Positions 60,391 to 64,000 of a DNA stretch of 64,000 nt are shown here, piece after piece. The DNA lies in NCBI GenBank assembly GCA_037443785.1, contig JBBINR010000003.1, forward strand, positions 11,950 to 75,949, in the 5' to 3' direction. Below the pieces are notes generated by a model, which worked only from the letters and a program-made list of their open reading frames with translations, was not told the DNA's origin and ran no database searches. Origin of the DNA: Ignavibacteriales bacterium. GTDB taxonomy: Bacteria > Bacteroidota > Ignavibacteria > UBA10030 > UBA8401. A program made the translations under genes and the position numbers. Each line of letters opens with the position of its first letter. Position 1 is the stretch's first letter.

Positions 60391-61611
60391 TTAGTATTCT
60401 TTTCTGTTTGCATACACGTTCATCAATAATCCGGCAATCATCATATATGAGATGAGCGATGAACCGCCGTAGCTTAAAAAGGGAAGCGGAATTCCGATGA
60501 CAGGCATTAATCCGACAGACATGCCGATGTTGACGAAGATGTGAAATGCGAGGAGGGAAGAGAAACCGATTGCGATCAGGCTTCCGAATTTATTCTTTGT
60601 GATCGATGCAAGCCGAATTCCATGGAACAAAATTATAGCAAACAATCCGAGCACAACAACGCCGCCGAAAAATCCGAATTCTTCGCCGGGGACGCAAAAA
60701 ATAAAATCAGTCCATTGTTTCGGAATAAAATTTAACTGTGTCTGCGTCCCTTTTAAAAATCCTTTCCCGAATAATCCGCCGGAACCGATTGCGACTTTTG
60801 CCTGAATTACATTGTATCCGGCACCGAGCGGATCATTGTTTGGATCAAGAAATGTCGCAATACGTTTTTGTTGATACGCGGGAAGTTTATTGTAAATCAT
60901 CTGTACTAAAAACCCAATAACCACGTTTGTGCCGAACACGAGCGATGCAATGAATTGGTTCTCACGGCGCAGCATCCACAATCCTACACCGAGCAAGATG
61001 AGGGCAATGAGAAAAGGAGTTGTACCGATAATGGATGCCGTGGCAATGATTGCCGGAGCGATGATGATAATGACAAGAAATTTTGACGCTCCGGCCCAAT
61101 ACAGCACAGGAATGAACATTGCAAGGAATGTCAGTGCCGTACCAAAATCAGGTTGAAGCATAATCAGAATAATTGGAAGTGCAACAATCAGGCTTGCTTT
61201 GATAAGATCGTTTAAGTCGGTTGCTTTCACATCACTTTTACTGAGGAATGATGCAACAGCCAGCATCGTTGTAATCTTGACAAACTCAGATGGTTGAATC
61301 CCGAGTCCTGCAATGCCCAGCCAACTTTGCGATCCGTATACGCGTCTGCCCATAACAAGAACAAGGATTAATAAACCGAGGGAGGCAAAAAAGATTGGAA
61401 GCGCTGACCGTTGCAGCCATCGCAACGGAAGCAGCATCATCGATAACATCGCAAATAAACCAAGAACCGCCCACTGCAATTGACGAAAGAAGTCGCGTCC
61501 TTCGTACGCATCGAACGTTGCACTGTAGATCGAAAGAAGTCCAACACACATCAGTCCGAGGACGGCGAAGAAAATTGTTCGATCAAAATATTCTTTAAAA
61601 AAGGAATTCAT
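60391..61611 (-). CDS. mrdB: Rod shape-determining protein RodA (SEDS family)
   Basis: FtsW/RodA 10-TM pattern; immediately downstream of PBP2. Confidence 0.85.
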   Translation of the reverse strand: MNSFFKEYFDRTIFFAVLGLMCVGLLSIYSATFDAYEGRDFFRQLQWAVLGLFAMLSMMLLPLRWLQRSALPIFFASLGLLILVLVMGRRVYGSQSWLGIAGLGIQPSEFVKITTMLAVASFLSKSDVKATDLNDLIKASLIVALPIILIMLQPDFGTALTFLAMFIPVLYWAGASKFLVIIIIAPAIIATASIIGTTPFLIALILLGVGLWMLRRENQFIASLVFGTNVVIGFLVQMIYNKLPAYQQKRIATFLDPNNDPLGAGYNVIQAKVAIGSGGLFGKGFLKGTQTQLNFIPKQWTDFIFCVPGEEFGFFGGVVVLGLFAIILFHGIRLASITKNKFGSLIAIGFSSLLAFHIFVNIGMSVGLMPVIGIPLPFLSYGGSSLISYMMIAGLLMNVYANRKEY

Positions 61612-61641
61612 TATTTGTTTGAATGAAGTGCTTTACATTTT

Positions 61642-63450
61642 TCAGTTTACAGCTATCGGACGAACTTCACCCGATAGTTTTATTCTGTTATACCGGATAA
61701 TTTCTCCGTATAAATATTTCTCCATGCACAATCCGGCAATTGGTGCTGCAAATGCTCCACCGTACCCCGCATTTTCTACTAGAACGCAAATTGCAATTTT
61801 CGGATCTTCGTACGGAGCAAATCCCATAAACCATGCATGCGATTTGCCGTGTGGATTTTGAGCTGTTCCTGTTTTTCCTGCAACCTGAATTCCGGGAATG
61901 CGTGCTGCCGTTCCTGTTCCGTGCGGTTCCATGACCGCACGCCTCATGCCCTCCCGCACAAGGTCCCACGTATGATCAGACAGCTTAATTGTGTGCTCAT
62001 CACTTTTCACATCGATTTTATTTTTTGAATACTTCGTGTAAATCGAATTTACAATGTGAGGCTGAAAGGCATGTCCTTTGTTCGCAAGAATTGCTGCATA
62101 ATTTGCCATTTGTACCGGCGATACGCCGACTTCTCCCTGGCCGATTCCGAGACTGATCAAATATCCCTGCGTCCATTTTCCTTTTCCGTGAACTCGGTCA
62201 TAATAATCACGGTCGGGAAGCAGGCCGGTATCTTCTTCTTTGATATCAATTTTCGTTAGTCGTCCGAATCCAAGCTCTCTTCCCATTTCTGCCCAATTAT
62301 CCAGACCAACTTTCAGCATTAACTGATAGAAAAAAACGTTGCACGATTTGTGGATTGCATCCACAACATTGACGGTCCCATGAACATGTTCACAGTCGAA
62401 AGTTTTATTTCCGTACCGGAAATATCCAGGACAGGTTACTTTCCAATTTTCATCGATGATTCCTTTTTCCAGCGCTTCCAGCGCGAGAAGCATTTTAAAA
62501 GTGGAACCCGGGGGATATCGTGTTAATGTTGCGCGATTGAAGAGCGGTTTATCAGGATCGTTGTTGAGAGCATGCCATTCGTCGGGAGGAGTAACACCGC
62601 TGAACGTCGCAAGGTCATAATCGGGTTTGCTCACTAATGCAATTACTCCGCCGTTTCGTGGATCGATAGCAACGACAGCACCGCGCTTGTCGGCAAGCAG
62701 TGATTCTGCCATTGCCTGCACATCGCCATCGATTGCGAGATGAAGATCGAGTCCCGCTTCGGGAGGGATATCATGTTTACCGTTGTCGAACGTCCCGATG
62801 ATTTGCCCTTTCGCATTCTGCGAAATAAATTCCCATCCCTTTTCACCGCGGAGATATTCTTCATACTTCGCTTCCAATCCTGCATTGCCGATGAGATCGC
62901 CGGGTTGATAATAATTTTTATTTTTTTCAAGCTGTGCGTCACTGATTTCTTTTGCGTATCCAAACATATGGCTTCCGCGTGCGGCTGAAGCGTAATGTCT
63001 TTTTGATTCCATCTGGATTTCTACACCGCGAAGCTTGTCCTTGTATTCTTCAATGAGCGAAAGTTCTGCAAAAGAAATATCGCGCTTGATACGAGCAGGA
63101 ACGAACGAATTGTACTTCTTCGCCTGTTTGATCCGCGCTATGATCTCTTCACTGGCCATGCCGAGAATCTTGGAAAGGAATTTGATTTTTGTCGTATCAA
63201 AATCAATCGGTGTCAGCATCACCGTATAGGCCGGCTGATTTTCGACGAGCAATTTTCCTTTTCGATCGTAAATATACCCGCGGATCGGAATCTTTGAAAC
63301 GTTGCGGATCGAATTCGCTTCTGCTTCTTTCCCGTACAAATCGCCGTAGATATACTGCAATTGGAACAGCCGTCCGAACAGGATGAGAAATCCTGCAGCA
63401 ATAACGATCTTGATTACTACGCGTCGCTCCGATGAACCAAATTCATCCAT
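61642..63450 (-). CDS. mrdA: Penicillin-binding protein 2
   Basis: STFK, SCN, KTG motifs; N-terminal TM anchor. Confidence 0.9.
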   Translation of the reverse strand: MDEFGSSERRVVIKIVIAAGFLILFGRLFQLQYIYGDLYGKEAEANSIRNVSKIPIRGYIYDRKGKLLVENQPAYTVMLTPIDFDTTKIKFLSKILGMASEEIIARIKQAKKYNSFVPARIKRDISFAELSLIEEYKDKLRGVEIQMESKRHYASAARGSHMFGYAKEISDAQLEKNKNYYQPGDLIGNAGLEAKYEEYLRGEKGWEFISQNAKGQIIGTFDNGKHDIPPEAGLDLHLAIDGDVQAMAESLLADKRGAVVAIDPRNGGVIALVSKPDYDLATFSGVTPPDEWHALNNDPDKPLFNRATLTRYPPGSTFKMLLALEALEKGIIDENWKVTCPGYFRYGNKTFDCEHVHGTVNVVDAIHKSCNVFFYQLMLKVGLDNWAEMGRELGFGRLTKIDIKEEDTGLLPDRDYYDRVHGKGKWTQGYLISLGIGQGEVGVSPVQMANYAAILANKGHAFQPHIVNSIYTKYSKNKIDVKSDEHTIKLSDHTWDLVREGMRRAVMEPHGTGTAARIPGIQVAGKTGTAQNPHGKSHAWFMGFAPYEDPKIAICVLVENAGYGGAFAAPIAGLCMEKYLYGEIIRYNRIKLSGEVRPIAVN

Positions 63451-63459
63451 AAAAAGATT

Positions 63460-63948
63460 TTATCGTAATTGATGTTTTCGTGACGCAATAAACATCGGGA
63501 TCATGGCAATAATTGTCGTATACATTGTTGACAGCAGGCCCAACTCTCCAAGCGCGGATAAAAGTCCGATTCCGCTTCCCTGTGTGAAGATAGCGAAGTA
63601 AATAACATTGTGTACCAGCGATACAATTGCGACAATCACGATAAATTGATAATTGCCAAGTGTGATATCGATTTTATTTTCGTGATAAAAATATCCTGCA
63701 AGAAATCCGGCGACAGTTTTTGTTAACGCTGATAATCCGAGAAACTGTCCACTGACAAGATCCATCGTGATGCCGATGAAAAAGCCAAAAACGGTGGCCG
63801 GAATCTGTCCTTCGGTGACGGCAACATACACGATCCAAATTAACAGGATATCCGGAATAATATTTCCTATTGAGGTAAACGTAACAACCGTTGTTTGCAG
63901 CGCCAGCAGTACAATGGAGATTAAAACTAATCGAAGATTTTTTTGCAT
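63460..63948 (-). CDS. mreD: Rod shape-determining protein MreD
   Basis: 162-aa polytopic membrane protein directly upstream of mrdA. Confidence 0.75.
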   Translation of the reverse strand: MQKNLRLVLISIVLLALQTTVVTFTSIGNIIPDILLIWIVYVAVTEGQIPATVFGFFIGITMDLVSGQFLGLSALTKTVAGFLAGYFYHENKIDITLGNYQFIVIVAIVSLVHNVIYFAIFTQGSGIGLLSALGELGLLSTMYTTIIAMIPMFIASRKHQLR

Positions 63949-64000
63949 GAAAGAATTTTTGGTGCCAATAAATGATACGGATTCTGAAATAAAGTAGCGG

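Overview
This 64-kb window looks like a bacterial chromosome, possibly from an FCB-group (Ignavibacteria/Bacteroidota-like) organism; the only hints are signal peptides ending in AQ or FQ and an outer-membrane protein ending in a C-terminal Phe. Positions 1 to about 19.7 kb are the right-hand part of a siphovirus-like prophage.

Prophage (1 to ~19.7 kb):
- Minus-strand module: Cro/Ner-like gene, small early genes, large terminase, Mu gp29/DUF935-type portal.
- Plus-strand module: cI-like repressor with a linked membrane protein, scaffold, major capsid, tail tube, a G/GT-type tail chaperone with a candidate -1 frameshift site, a 777-aa tape measure, tail fibres and a beta-helix tailspike.
- The prophage ends about 280 bp upstream of a GH13 alpha-amylase gene.
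- No integrase, lysis genes or transposase are present in the window.

Host region:
- Carbohydrate genes: GH13, an HGSNAT-like acyltransferase, GH2, and a secreted NUC-family nuclease.
- A lactonase-like beta-propeller protein and an AAE-family transporter.
- A B1-type metallo-beta-lactamase plus GNAT acetyltransferase pair.
- A minus-strand glycan operon: GT2, GT4, GT9 and a methyltransferase.
- Cold-shock protein gene, ilvD, a ManC-like nucleotidyltransferase, and a class-C-type serine hydrolase.
- A duplicated-repeat membrane protein, an SDR epimerase, and an outer-membrane beta-barrel gene followed by an orphan RsbW-like kinase.
- mdh and rplU-rpmA.
- A nitrosative-stress island: Crp/Fnr regulator, hemerythrin, RIC and qNOR. 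Near-identical 18-bp palindromes (TTATGA-N6-TCATAA) precede hemerythrin and RIC.
- A roughly 10-gene minus-strand operon headed by an ECF sigma and a ZAS anti-sigma: DUF2892, thioredoxin, FmdB-like Cys-rich protein, two rhodaneses, a CP-motif membrane protein, OsmC and DUF302.
- A NAPE-PLD-like MBL-fold hydrolase, korAB (with beta and gamma fused), and mreD-mrdA-rodA.

No rRNA, tRNA or CRISPR array was recognised. All calls rest on reading the translations for motifs; no database search was possible.
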